Below are positions 25,837 to 35,584 of a stretch of DNA of 64,000 bases, piece by piece. The stretch comes from Blepharisma stoltei ATCC 30299 (taxonomy: Eukaryota; Protista; Ciliophora). The first letter of the stretch is position 1; each line of letters opens with the position of its first letter. Made by a program: the position numbers and the translations under genes. A model generated the notes under the pieces. It was not told the DNA's origin, ran no database searches, and was given only the letters and a program-made list of their open reading frames with translations. The stretch lies in NCBI GenBank assembly GCA_965603825.1, contig CBFDEM010000022.1, positions 1 through 64,000 of the forward strand, given 5' to 3'.

Positions 25837-26073
25837 TTAACTACTACTTTTTATAGCATCAGGGTCATAGCTAGTTGCTTTTCTTTCTATAAAGACATTT
25901 GATTGTATTTGGCTCATATCATTAAAGTTTTCTTCAGTTGTTGACTTTAAAGCAGTTTGAATAAAGGACTCAGAAAGATTCTCGACGTCTCTCTGTAAAA
26001 AAGAACCTTTAAGCACTTCTGTTCCAGCACTAAAGGCAGCTAGGTAGAGAACAACAAATATCATAGCTTTCAT
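25837..26073 (-). CDS. Small secreted protein (signal peptide, SFLQ/SFIQ motifs)
   Basis: MKAMIFVVLYLAAFSA signal-like N-terminus; ATG to TAA, flanked by AT-rich DNA. Confidence 0.6.
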   Translation of the reverse strand: MKAMIFVVLYLAAFSAGTEVLKGSFLQRDVENLSESFIQTALKSTTEENFNDMSQIQSNVFIERKATSYDPDAIKSSS

Positions 26074-26480
26074 GTTTTTATTATAAACGCTTAATTTAGG
26101 TTATCCGTTTCTGCCATTTGCTCTTACTATAAAGTGGGATAATACTAATTGCCGCTTGAAGATTTCATATGAAAATTGAATTATAAGGCCAAAAATTATT
26201 TGCCTTAAGATTATGCAATGCTTTAAAAAGTTCTTTTGATTTAAAGCGATTCCAAAGAGACTTGGACTGATAAATTGGTATTTGCCTAAATTTTCATTGT
26301 GTTATTGAATTTATCTGGAGAAGATAATTGAAAGATACGCAAAAGGTTTGATCCTTAAATTAACGCAGATTTTTAATTTTTTAAACAAAAATTTTAATTA
26401 TTGTGGAAAACAAAAAATTAAACCGAGTTAATATTTTAATTAATTTAATTTTATTTATACATAATAAGATAAAAATTAAA

Positions 26481-28412
26481 TTATGGCATTTGCGCTTTAC
26501 AAATCAAGCATTTCATAGACCGGATTTGTGTCATAATCACGTGCTTGTCTACTTCATTAATACCAAACTGTGTAAGGGTGTCTTCAAAAAGCTGAGAATA
26601 AAGGTTGAATTCTCTTTCTGTGATCCCCATTTTCTCATGAGCTAGCCTTATTTCTCTTCTAAACTCAAAGGTAGCGCATCCATTAAACACCCTCAGCATC
26701 CCTTTGGTAATCATTTTTAGGTTTGAGCTTGAAAAATACTTACTAAGCTCCTCGCTTGAGAAAATTCGCTTATATAAAGCCATGATAAATTTGTTTCAAA
26801 AATCGTCCCCTCCATAAGTTTCGACCAAATTTCGGCTTTTTACCTTAAGTAGCTCTGTATTCATATTCATTTCGTCGATTTTTCTTATTGCGTCCATAAA
26901 GCATCTTTTTATATGAACGTCATAGGTATCGTCCCATAGGGATTTTGAAGTGTTATAAAAATCATTTTTATCGTGAAAATCCTCAGTTTTAGATTTTTTT
27001 AATTGAGGGTCCTGAAGAATTATCGTACGTTTTCTGGTCGAGGACCGTTTTTCGTAAACTTTGAAGCTCTGCTGCTTAAGGTTTTTAATTCTCGCTAAAT
27101 TTGAGGGTTTTAAGGTCATGGCTGGGTCGGATTTTTCTTCGATTTTTACGTGCTTTGAGTTAGAGATTGGTGGCAATTGAGGAGTATGCATTGTTTTTGA
27201 TGGTCTTGGAGGAGAATTTTTCATAAAAGGGTACATAACTGCACCTTCTATAGTGATTTCGGGGCTTTGATCCATATTCAGAGCTTTTAAAAAGTCTGAA
27301 TTAGTCTCTGCTTTTGTATCAGGAAAAGAGATAGCTCGTTTTACCTGTGAAACTTCTCCTAAATTGATTTCTCCTAGCTCTAGTTTAATTTCGCTATTTT
27401 TCAGCGAAACCTCTACACAGTCTAAAAACACTCATTTTCTATCTTTTCCATATATAAAATCAAAAGTGATTTCTCTAAGCTCTTCATCTTTATAAGCCTG
27501 CTTTCTCAAAAAATTGATAATTTTTTCTAGCATACTTTCAATTTCTGGCACTTTTACAGTGTCTTCAATTACCAATATACCATCTGAAACCTTTGTGTTT
27601 ATAATAGGATTCTGATTTGTCTCTATAACTTGCTCTTCCGCTGAAAATCGATCAGTTGAATTTCCTAAATTTCGAAAATTTTTGAGTGAAGGACATCGAT
27701 CCACCACCAATCTTTCAGTCGCGGGCGTTAAACAGTCAATACTATTCCTATCATTTCCCTTTAAAATCGACAAACTCATGGTGCTTCTAAAATTCTTCGG
27801 GGTCATTGTGATACTCCTTGTCCTCTTATCTTCAGTTTTCCTCTTATAAACTGGCTTTGTTTTATTAGAAATCAAAAAAAATTTTGTCCTTCCCCCAATT
27901 CTCCAGTGCACCCTTGTCAATGAGGACGGTTTTGTCCTTGGCTGTATAAAAATTTGCATTTTATCTGAAGTTTCTGTAGACGAGCTTCATAGGCTCATTG
28001 CGCTTTCTTTTGTATACAAAAATTGTGTTCGTTTCCCAAGGACTTTATAGCAGCACACAGGATTGTCATTGCCATTTTTCTCAGGAACTCCAGCAAAGAA
28101 ATCTTCATCTGAGCATAAACGAGTAATAATTGCCCCATATTTATTGTTTTGCACTAAATAGCAGAGATTTGTGTTGCTGATCCTCAATAATGTAGTTGGA
28201 ATTTTGGCAATTATGTTATTTAAATTGGCGTGCAAGCAAAAAAGTCGGTAGATATCAAGCTGCTGACTGTTATTTAATTTTGGTAGTGAATTAAATTCTT
28301 TTTTGTTTAAGGGTGGAGCTTGGATTTTGCTGTATAAGCTAAAAGGATCTGGGTTAGAAATTGAGTTTGAGTAGCTTGGTGAAGGCTCACCGATACTTGA
28401 ATAATCTTCCAT
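26481..28412 (-). CDS. Protein with C-terminal truncated (2/2) hemoglobin domain and possible ATP-grasp-like N-terminal part (643 aa, TGA=Trp)
   Basis: Four track ORFs in one frame. C-terminus ETYGG..ALYKRIF..LSKYF..LAHEKMGITEREF fits a truncated globin (B10 Tyr, F8 His). Confidence 0.75.
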
Positions 28413-29231
28413 ATGATATTTATATGTTTAGCATTATGGTCAATATTTTATTTAATAGAGGGAAAAATCTTATTTGTCAACTCTGAGATTTTGGTTGAAA
28501 TCATAAGAAAAATTAAATTTTTTTTAAATGATTGGCAATGAAGGTCAATAAATAGGCAATTAATAATATTTAATTATTTATCGGGGCAGCCATGAGTTAT
28601 TATAATAATAAATTAATTTTGATTGCTGTTAAAACTAGGTTATACTTTATTATGAGTAGCGCAGTGATGATTGATGGAGAAAGAAAAAATTTTAAATGGG
28701 AGTTAATCGTTTAGATAAGAGGGAAATATAAGACTTAATAATACAGAGAGGTTAATGATGAAACTTTTGAAACGAGGGTATCACAAATTAGAAAAACCGT
28801 CGATAAAGCTTACAAAAATGGAAAATCTTCGTACTAGTGAAAGAAGTTCTATTAAAACTAATATGCCATAATTTTAATAACGATCTATTTATTTCACTTT
28901 TTAAATTAAAATAAAAATAAATGGAAATGGCAAGTCAAGCGATAATAAAAGCTCTTAAGAAAATTTATCTATAACTATTTTCGATTTTTTTATCATTCTT
29001 CGTTATTATATCTTTATTATGCTGATTTTTAATACCATTTTAAATTGTTAATTAAAGTATTTCTCAATCAATCTACTTCCAATAGTTTAACTTATTAGTA
29101 ATTGTTTTCAATTTTATCAATATCACACCTTTCTCGCTAGCATTTTAATTTTATTTTAGACTTCCGCTGACTTCAGGAAATTTTTCATTTTTATTAATTA
29201 AACTCATTTCCAGTAAACAAAATTATTTTAA

Positions 29232-29582
29232 TTAGATTTGGAAAGTAACCTCTCCTCCTTGTTTCATGAAATCGATCACATTGACTCCAGTTTCATCTTC
29301 GAACATTTTGTTAGCTTGTCTTGGGTTGATTTCTCCGCTTTCTACGCTTCTCCAGATCCCATCACTAAAGGCAATAATATCTTCATAGCTCATATTGGAA
29401 ATCGTTAGGATTTCTGCACCGTTTTTGGTTGATGTGACAGGATGATATTCTTGTGTTTCGGCCCAAGCTTCTTCCATAACTGGCTCAAGGACTTCTGTTT
29501 CTGCTTGTAAGAAGGCTTGAGATTCAGATAAGGCTGCAAATGAACAGACTGCAAGGCAAGCAATTAAGAAAAGCTTTGACAT
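29232..29582 (-). CDS. Small acidic secreted protein
   Basis: MSKLFLIACLAVCSFA signal peptide followed by AFLQ; acidic mature region. Confidence 0.7.
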   Translation of the reverse strand: MSKLFLIACLAVCSFAALSESQAFLQAETEVLEPVMEEAWAETQEYHPVTSTKNGAEILTISNMSYEDIIAFSDGIWRSVESGEINPRQANKMFEDETGVNVIDFMKQGGEVTFQI

Positions 29583-29965
29583 TTTAATTATAACGATACA
29601 TTTAACGTTCTAAATTTATCTTTGTTGCATTGCGGATAAATATGGCATAAGGGAATTTTGAAAGAATCTGACTGAACTGTTATAAGGAAGTTCGAAGGTT
29701 TGTTAAGGTGATGATAAAATTTTTGGGTAAAGAAAACTTTATGCTAATGATTTATGCAGAACTGATTTTCTAGCTTCTAAAAAAATTTGCTTTGAATTTA
29801 TGCTTTAAATAATTGCAAAACTTTAACTGAAAAATTGGTCAATGTTAACGAAATGTCCTTAAAATAAAAAACCAACAAATATTTTATAGGAAATTATATA
29901 TACACATGAAATTAGCAATTCATCTTTAACAATCACCAAACCATTGAAATGATTTAATTATTTCT

Positions 29966-30568
29966 TTACAATGCAATATTTTTTGAAGACAAGATTTCTT
30001 CTGCCGCTGTAATTTGGTTAAAAAGCCGTTTTGACCTATTTCCACAATCATCTAATTTTTCCTTTATCTCATTTAAGCTGCTTTTAGTATTTTCCAAAGT
30101 CTGTGGATGAATAGCATTTGATTTTTTCAATAATGAATAATAATGAGAGTCGTGCTGAGCAATTTCAATGATTCTAATAAAGCTGTCTTGCATGTCTTCT
30201 TCGACCACTAATTCCCCTTGGCTTTCCTCACAGATGTGTTGGATCAATTTTTTCCGATTTTGTTTAATTAATTTCAAATAGTTTGAAGTTTTCGATAAAA
30301 GCTCAATTTTTATGTCAACTTGCTGCTTGTTTAAAAACTCTCCAAATTTCACTAAATCTCGCTCGCATTTCAGCTGAATTGCGTATTTTTCACACTCGTC
30401 TATTACCTCTAAGAGATGAGCCTGCTTTCCCATTAATTCATCTGAAATTTCTGGGCTTGCTTCTGTGCTTTCTAAATTATCAAGAAAATTGCAGTAGTCT
30501 CCCATCCCTCCTGTGTCGACCACTTTTAAAGTAGCTGAACCTCCTTTTACAGCCCATGGATTACTCAT
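29966..30568 (-). CDS. Coiled-coil protein, possibly augmin subunit HAUS2-like
   Basis: N-terminal NPW, 200 aa, helical LSKTSNYLKLIKQNRKKLIQHI..ELVVE pattern recalling HAUS2. By eye only. Confidence 0.55.
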   Translation of the reverse strand: MSNPWAVKGGSATLKVVDTGGMGDYCNFLDNLESTEASPEISDELMGKQAHLLEVIDECEKYAIQLKCERDLVKFGEFLNKQQVDIKIELLSKTSNYLKLIKQNRKKLIQHICEESQGELVVEEDMQDSFIRIIEIAQHDSHYYSLLKKSNAIHPQTLENTKSSLNEIKEKLDDCGNRSKRLFNQITAAEEILSSKNIAL

Positions 30569-30666
30569 TTTCTTATTAACAAAAATTTCTAAAATAATTC
30601 ATATCTTTTTTACTGATCTTTTGTATATTTCACTTCAAAATTTATAGCTCATCTGTTTCATTAAAA

Positions 30667-33024
30667 ATGCCAAAATACAAAGCAGTTCGTACTCACTCTC
30701 CTTTCATGCACCGGAACAAAACAACTTCTCCATCACCCAGAGGTGTCAGTTTTTCTGTCAAAGATACTAACAACTTTTCAATCTTCATGCCTCAAAGCTG
30801 TGACTCTTCGTTTTTAGCAATTTCTCATCAAAAAGCTAAGCTTATAAATAAAATCAAAATTTGCACAGGACTCACTCCTGCAATTGACAAAAAATCAGCG
30901 AAAACTGATCCAAATACGTCAGCACTTGAAAATACGGTTGCAAAGCCAGAAACGAGTAATAAGGATAAAAGATCAAATTTTAACCTACTAACGAATGGAA
31001 TCAAAGTAAAAAGAATTCAAGAAGAAAGCAAGCTTTCAGCCCAGCCAAAACTAGCCAAACTTGAAATAACTGAAGAAAGAACGCTAAGAGCTGAACGTAG
31101 AAGCCAACCTAATAGCCTTGATAGCTGAAACGAAATTTTAAACGCAAAGCCTGACGTCGAAAAAAGCTGCCTTATTATCAAGAAAAGCAATTTGGCTTCA
31201 TATGAAGAATATTTCACGCAAAAAAACAAGTTTAAAGAAATGTATGCAGCGATACGGCCTTTAAAAGTAACTTTAGATCAAAAGAAAAATGTCAAGGAAA
31301 GGATCACAATCCCACATGTTAAAAAAGTTGCAAAAAAAATCGAAAAAATTTCGGTAAAAGAAGCTATGAGAGACAAAGAATGAGTTTCCAAAGCAAAATC
31401 TCAAATAATAAAAGACATGACTTTTCAAATCAGCTGAAGCAATGGGATGAGAATAACCCCTCCATGTGAAAATTTTTTTACTTATAAATATTATTTAGGA
31501 AGAGGAAATAACGCAAGGCTGGTTCAGCAGTGCTTGAATTCCAGATGGTGATGGACAAGGGTAACCAAAGAAGAAATTGACAAGGCAAATTTTATATGGA
31601 CTCAGTGAAAAGATAAAAATATCATAGAAAGCTTATCCTCGCTATCTGACATAAAACATGACCAAGAAGCCATCACAAGCCCAGTCTCAATCTCCTGCAA
31701 CACAAGATTTGTCTGAATAAGCCCTACAACCAACATCTCCCAAACCAAAATTGTTGACCTAGCCCCATTAGGCTACGATTTAGTCACAAAATCCGAAAGT
31801 TTTTCTCATATCGCTTGCAATTTCCTATACAACTGCTCAGAAATGAAAATTTGTAACAAAATCGAGCATAATTACCATCTTTCTAATAAGAAAGCGCTTT
31901 TTGCGAATTTAAGGCAATATTATTTAGCTATAGGGAAAGACCCTTTTGACTATATTCCAGTCACTTTTCATATAACAAAAGGAGAAAATGATGAAGAATT
32001 CGTCAAATTTGAAGAAATTTATAATACAAAAATTTCAGCTGTTTCTGCAGAGACACTTACGAATATTTGGATAGTAAAACCAGGGGAAAATACAAATAGA
32101 GGCAATGGGATTACTGTTTGTTCCTCCCTAGAGCAGATTAAAGGGATTATCAGAAGCAGCAACCCGGATAAGACAAATAAACGCACATTTATTATACAGA
32201 AATATGTAGAAAACCCTTTCCTAGTCCACAAGCGGAAATTCGACATCAGATGCTACGCATTAATTACCTGTTTCAATGGGGTAGTCCAAGGATATTATTA
32301 TAATGAAGGCTATTTAAGGACTTCCTGCAAAAGTTTCTCAATCAATAACATAGAAGATCCTTTTACCCATTTAACTAACGACGCTATCCAAAAACAATCA
32401 GAAGACTACGGTAAATTTGAAAGCGGGAACAAAATGTCTTATTCAGATTTCCAACGGTACCTAGACTCCCACCCTGCAGAAAACCAAAAAAACTTCTTAC
32501 TTGACGTCCTCCCAAAAATGAAGGAAATAGTCAAAGACACCATACAGTCCGTCTGCTTAAAAATCGACCCAAAAAAACGTGCCCATACTTTTGAGATTTT
32601 TGGGTACGATTTCTTACTAGACAGTGAACTCAAGCCATGGCTGCTAGAAGTCAACACAAATCCCTGTTTAGAGCTGTCGTCTCCTCATTTAGCAAGGATT
32701 ATTCCTTCTATGCTGGAGAATTCCTTTAGGATCGCCTTAGATACAATTTTCCAAGAACCGACCTCAGCGTATAGGCGGTCTACAAATAGCGTTATATTGG
32801 AGCCGCTGCCTGAAAACCGATATGAGCTGGTGTTCCACTCGTGTAATGATGGAGAAAAGCTGATAGAAGAGCTTAAACAGCGAGGGACACTTGAAGATTT
32901 TATGTACATTGACCCATCAATTCAAGAAATTTCTGAAGAAATTGATGAGGAAGCCCCTTCAGAAAAAGAAAAAAAAGGAAATTCAGAAGGTGAAAATGAG
33001 GAGTCTGAGGATGAAGGACAATAA
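30667..33024 (+). CDS. Tubulin-tyrosine ligase-like enzyme (glycylase-type TTLL), 785 aa, TGA=Trp
   Basis: One frame. GRGNN..RWWW, NFIWTQ, WIVKPGENTNRGNGI, IIQKYVE, KFDIR, HLTNDAIQK, FEIFGYDF, WLLEVNTNP. Confidence 0.92.
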
Positions 33025-33047
33025 TGTGATAAATATAATTTTTTAAT

Positions 33048-34880
33048 ATGAACAGGTCTTATGATAATGATTTTTTACCAACTACAAAGGATTTTATTTC
33101 GCATTGGACGAGGAATTCTGAAGTAAAAAACAAAAAATCGAAGTCACAGTTTCCACAGAAGATGAAAAGAGCTGCGAATTCGGAAGCTCAGCTGACACAG
33201 GTGAAGCTGCCTCCGCTTTCTTGCAAAATTGGGTCGCTTAAAACCTTTTTAAATCCTGATGATTTTGCGAGAAGTGCAAATGATTTTCAAATTCAAGAAA
33301 AAACATCTAAATCGGGGTATAGGAGAAAAACTTGGAAATTGTATATAACGATGAATGAAGAACTGTCAAGTAGCTCAGTTAAGGAACAGTTAAATAATTT
33401 AACTGAAGGGCAAGATGACTCTGAAAGTGTAGACCCAAGAAAATTGCTGCTTTATGATAAGCATGCGATCAATAGAAGAAGAGCTGCTGGGAAAATTTGT
33501 GAAACAATTGTGGAAGAAGTAAAAAAGCAGTTTGGGCATATTGAGCAGAAAGTTGAAGCGCCACAGGTGATTGAGAGGTCTGGAGATCCAGTTGAAAGAC
33601 TAAGAGAAAAGCTTGAAAAAATTAAAATCGAAAAAATCAGCGATTCCAAATTTTATGAAACCGGCACACCCAAAAACTCCACCCGGAAAAAAGGCGTGAA
33701 CTTTCGAAGCGAATTAGATTCAAAAGACCACGAAGAAACAGTCTCCCACGAGTCCAACGTCCTTAAATCAAGCAAAAGCTTCGACAAAATCCAAAGGGAC
33801 GAAATAGTCCAAAGCGGCGATTTAACAGAGCTCCTCAGCATTGACTCAGCCAGAGACAACTTAGGCGCCGAGGCCTCCGCAATCCTCGCAAAAGCTATGA
33901 TTTTTCTTAACCTCCAAAACCAATTCGAAAAAACTGGTGCAAAAATCCTATTTGATGGGATAAGAGATATCATTGAAAACGCGTTTTCTTATAACATAAG
34001 GTCCTCTGTATTCAAAAAAAGATTTATTTCAATTAACAGAAACTGCTTGTCTTTTCCAAGCTGCGGGATTGACCAATTGAAAATTATTTATTTGATAAAA
34101 CATTTTACGTGCTTTTTTACACTAGTAAAGGTCGATTTTTCAGGAAATCAGATAGGGGATAAAGCCGTGGCCGCGCTTACGTTAGCCTTGATGCATGCAA
34201 GCCCATGCCTTGAAGATTACGATTTATCGTATACTGGGATAGGACTTCCATCAGCCCAGGCGCTACAGCAATATTTATCAGACAGCCCCTGCCAAATCCA
34301 ATTTTTAAGGATCGAAGGCAACAAATTCGAAGACGCCGGAGCCTGCTGTATCGCAATGGGCCTTCTCTGCAACTCTAGCGTCAAATTCTGCAACATCAGC
34401 AAAAATGATATGGAAACTGCCTCAGGCCTGGCTTTTTCCAAAGTTATCAGAATAAATAGAACCTTAAAAGGCCTCAACCTCTCCTTCAGCACTTTTGACG
34501 AACACGTTTCTAAAGACTTATCTCGATCTCTTATAGTAAACACTGAGCTTAAAAGCTTAGTTCTCTATAAATGTGGGCTGACTGATAAAGATATGAGGGA
34601 ATTCGGACACATGTTGAGCGCCAATGTAGCCTTGCAGCAGCTTATGCTGAACCAAAATGCAATTGGGTATAAAGGATTGAGCAATTTATCGTATGGATTA
34701 GAAAAAAATAAGACGCTTGCTCATTTAGGGTTAAGCGGAAATTTGGGGATTAAATTGAGGATGCTGGAAAAAATGAAGGAATTTGTACCGAGAGAGGTGG
34801 AAATTGATATAGCGAAGGAGGATGATTTTTTTAGGTCGGCTGAGGAGAAAAAGCTGAAGCTGATGGAATTGATAAGATAA
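33048..34880 (+). CDS. Leucine-rich repeat protein (RNI-like)
   Basis: 28-residue LRRs: VDFSGNQIGDKA, LRIEGNKFEDAGA, LMLNQNAIGYKG, LGLSGN. Confidence 0.88.
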   Translation: MNRSYDNDFLPTTKDFISHWTRNSEVKNKKSKSQFPQKMKRAANSEAQLTQVKLPPLSCKIGSLKTFLNPDDFARSANDFQIQEKTSKSGYRRKTWKLYITMNEELSSSSVKEQLNNLTEGQDDSESVDPRKLLLYDKHAINRRRAAGKICETIVEEVKKQFGHIEQKVEAPQVIERSGDPVERLREKLEKIKIEKISDSKFYETGTPKNSTRKKGVNFRSELDSKDHEETVSHESNVLKSSKSFDKIQRDEIVQSGDLTELLSIDSARDNLGAEASAILAKAMIFLNLQNQFEKTGAKILFDGIRDIIENAFSYNIRSSVFKKRFISINRNCLSFPSCGIDQLKIIYLIKHFTCFFTLVKVDFSGNQIGDKAVAALTLALMHASPCLEDYDLSYTGIGLPSAQALQQYLSDSPCQIQFLRIEGNKFEDAGACCIAMGLLCNSSVKFCNISKNDMETASGLAFSKVIRINRTLKGLNLSFSTFDEHVSKDLSRSLIVNTELKSLVLYKCGLTDKDMREFGHMLSANVALQQLMLNQNAIGYKGLSNLSYGLEKNKTLAHLGLSGNLGIKLRMLEKMKEFVPREVEIDIAKEDDFFRSAEEKKLKLMELIR

Positions 34881-35043
34881 ATAATCATATATTAGACTGA
34901 TAAAATGCTGGTTTTTAGAAATTTTAAAGTGAAATTAATTAAAGCAGAAGATTTTCTTATAAAAATGCTGTATTATAAGAAATCCTATTAAACATAATCC
35001 TATACAAAACATTATTTTGTAACGATGTTTAAAGCTATTTTAA

Positions 35044-35421
35044 TTATAATTCTATAGTCTCACTGAGAAACTGTATAAAAGAAACTGGGATATTTTCTTC
35101 TGGAGTATGCTGCAAAACTTCTTCAATAACTTCTGTCATTATTTTACAAGAATTTTCAATAGCTTCTCTTTCTGACTTTAATTTCACCTCATTTTTAAGC
35201 CGATCCCAAATGTTATCTTCTTCATGTGTTTTCATCATTTTTTCAAGGACCGGGTCTAGTTTGAAGCTGCCAAGCTTATTAATTTTTCCGATGTTAGAAA
35301 CATGTCCTCGAGAGCATTTGATGCATCGAGCCCGGCTTATCCCGTGTAAGCAAAATAAATCGTGATTATCAAGCATTCTTTCGCAGTCAGCAAGAACTTT
35401 TGAGATATTCCACAGTGTCAT
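35044..35421 (-). CDS. Hypothetical protein (125 aa)
   Basis: ATG to TAA ORF flanked by AT-rich spacers; CLHG..CIKC motif. Confidence 0.6.
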   Translation of the reverse strand: MTLWNISKVLADCERMLDNHDLFCLHGISRARCIKCSRGHVSNIGKINKLGSFKLDPVLEKMMKTHEEDNIWDRLKNEVKLKSEREAIENSCKIMTEVIEEVLQHTPEENIPVSFIQFLSETIEL

Positions 35422-35584
35422 AAATTCCTATATATTTAATTTAAAGCACATATTATTGGATTTCAATTATTCAAATTTCCTTTCATCTTATATTGCTCTG
35501 ACTGTCTATTTTTCTTTCTTTCCACCTCGCTTTAATCATAAATTCACAATTCCTTTTTCGATTGTTTTTTATTTTATTTCTAAC

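Noticed and set aside
28652-28837. Short plus-strand coding-like stretch, with a GTGATGA box C-like motif
   Set aside because: Three internal TAA/TAG in 62 codons, no 15/16-nt intron to rescue it, and no matching box D or terminal stem.
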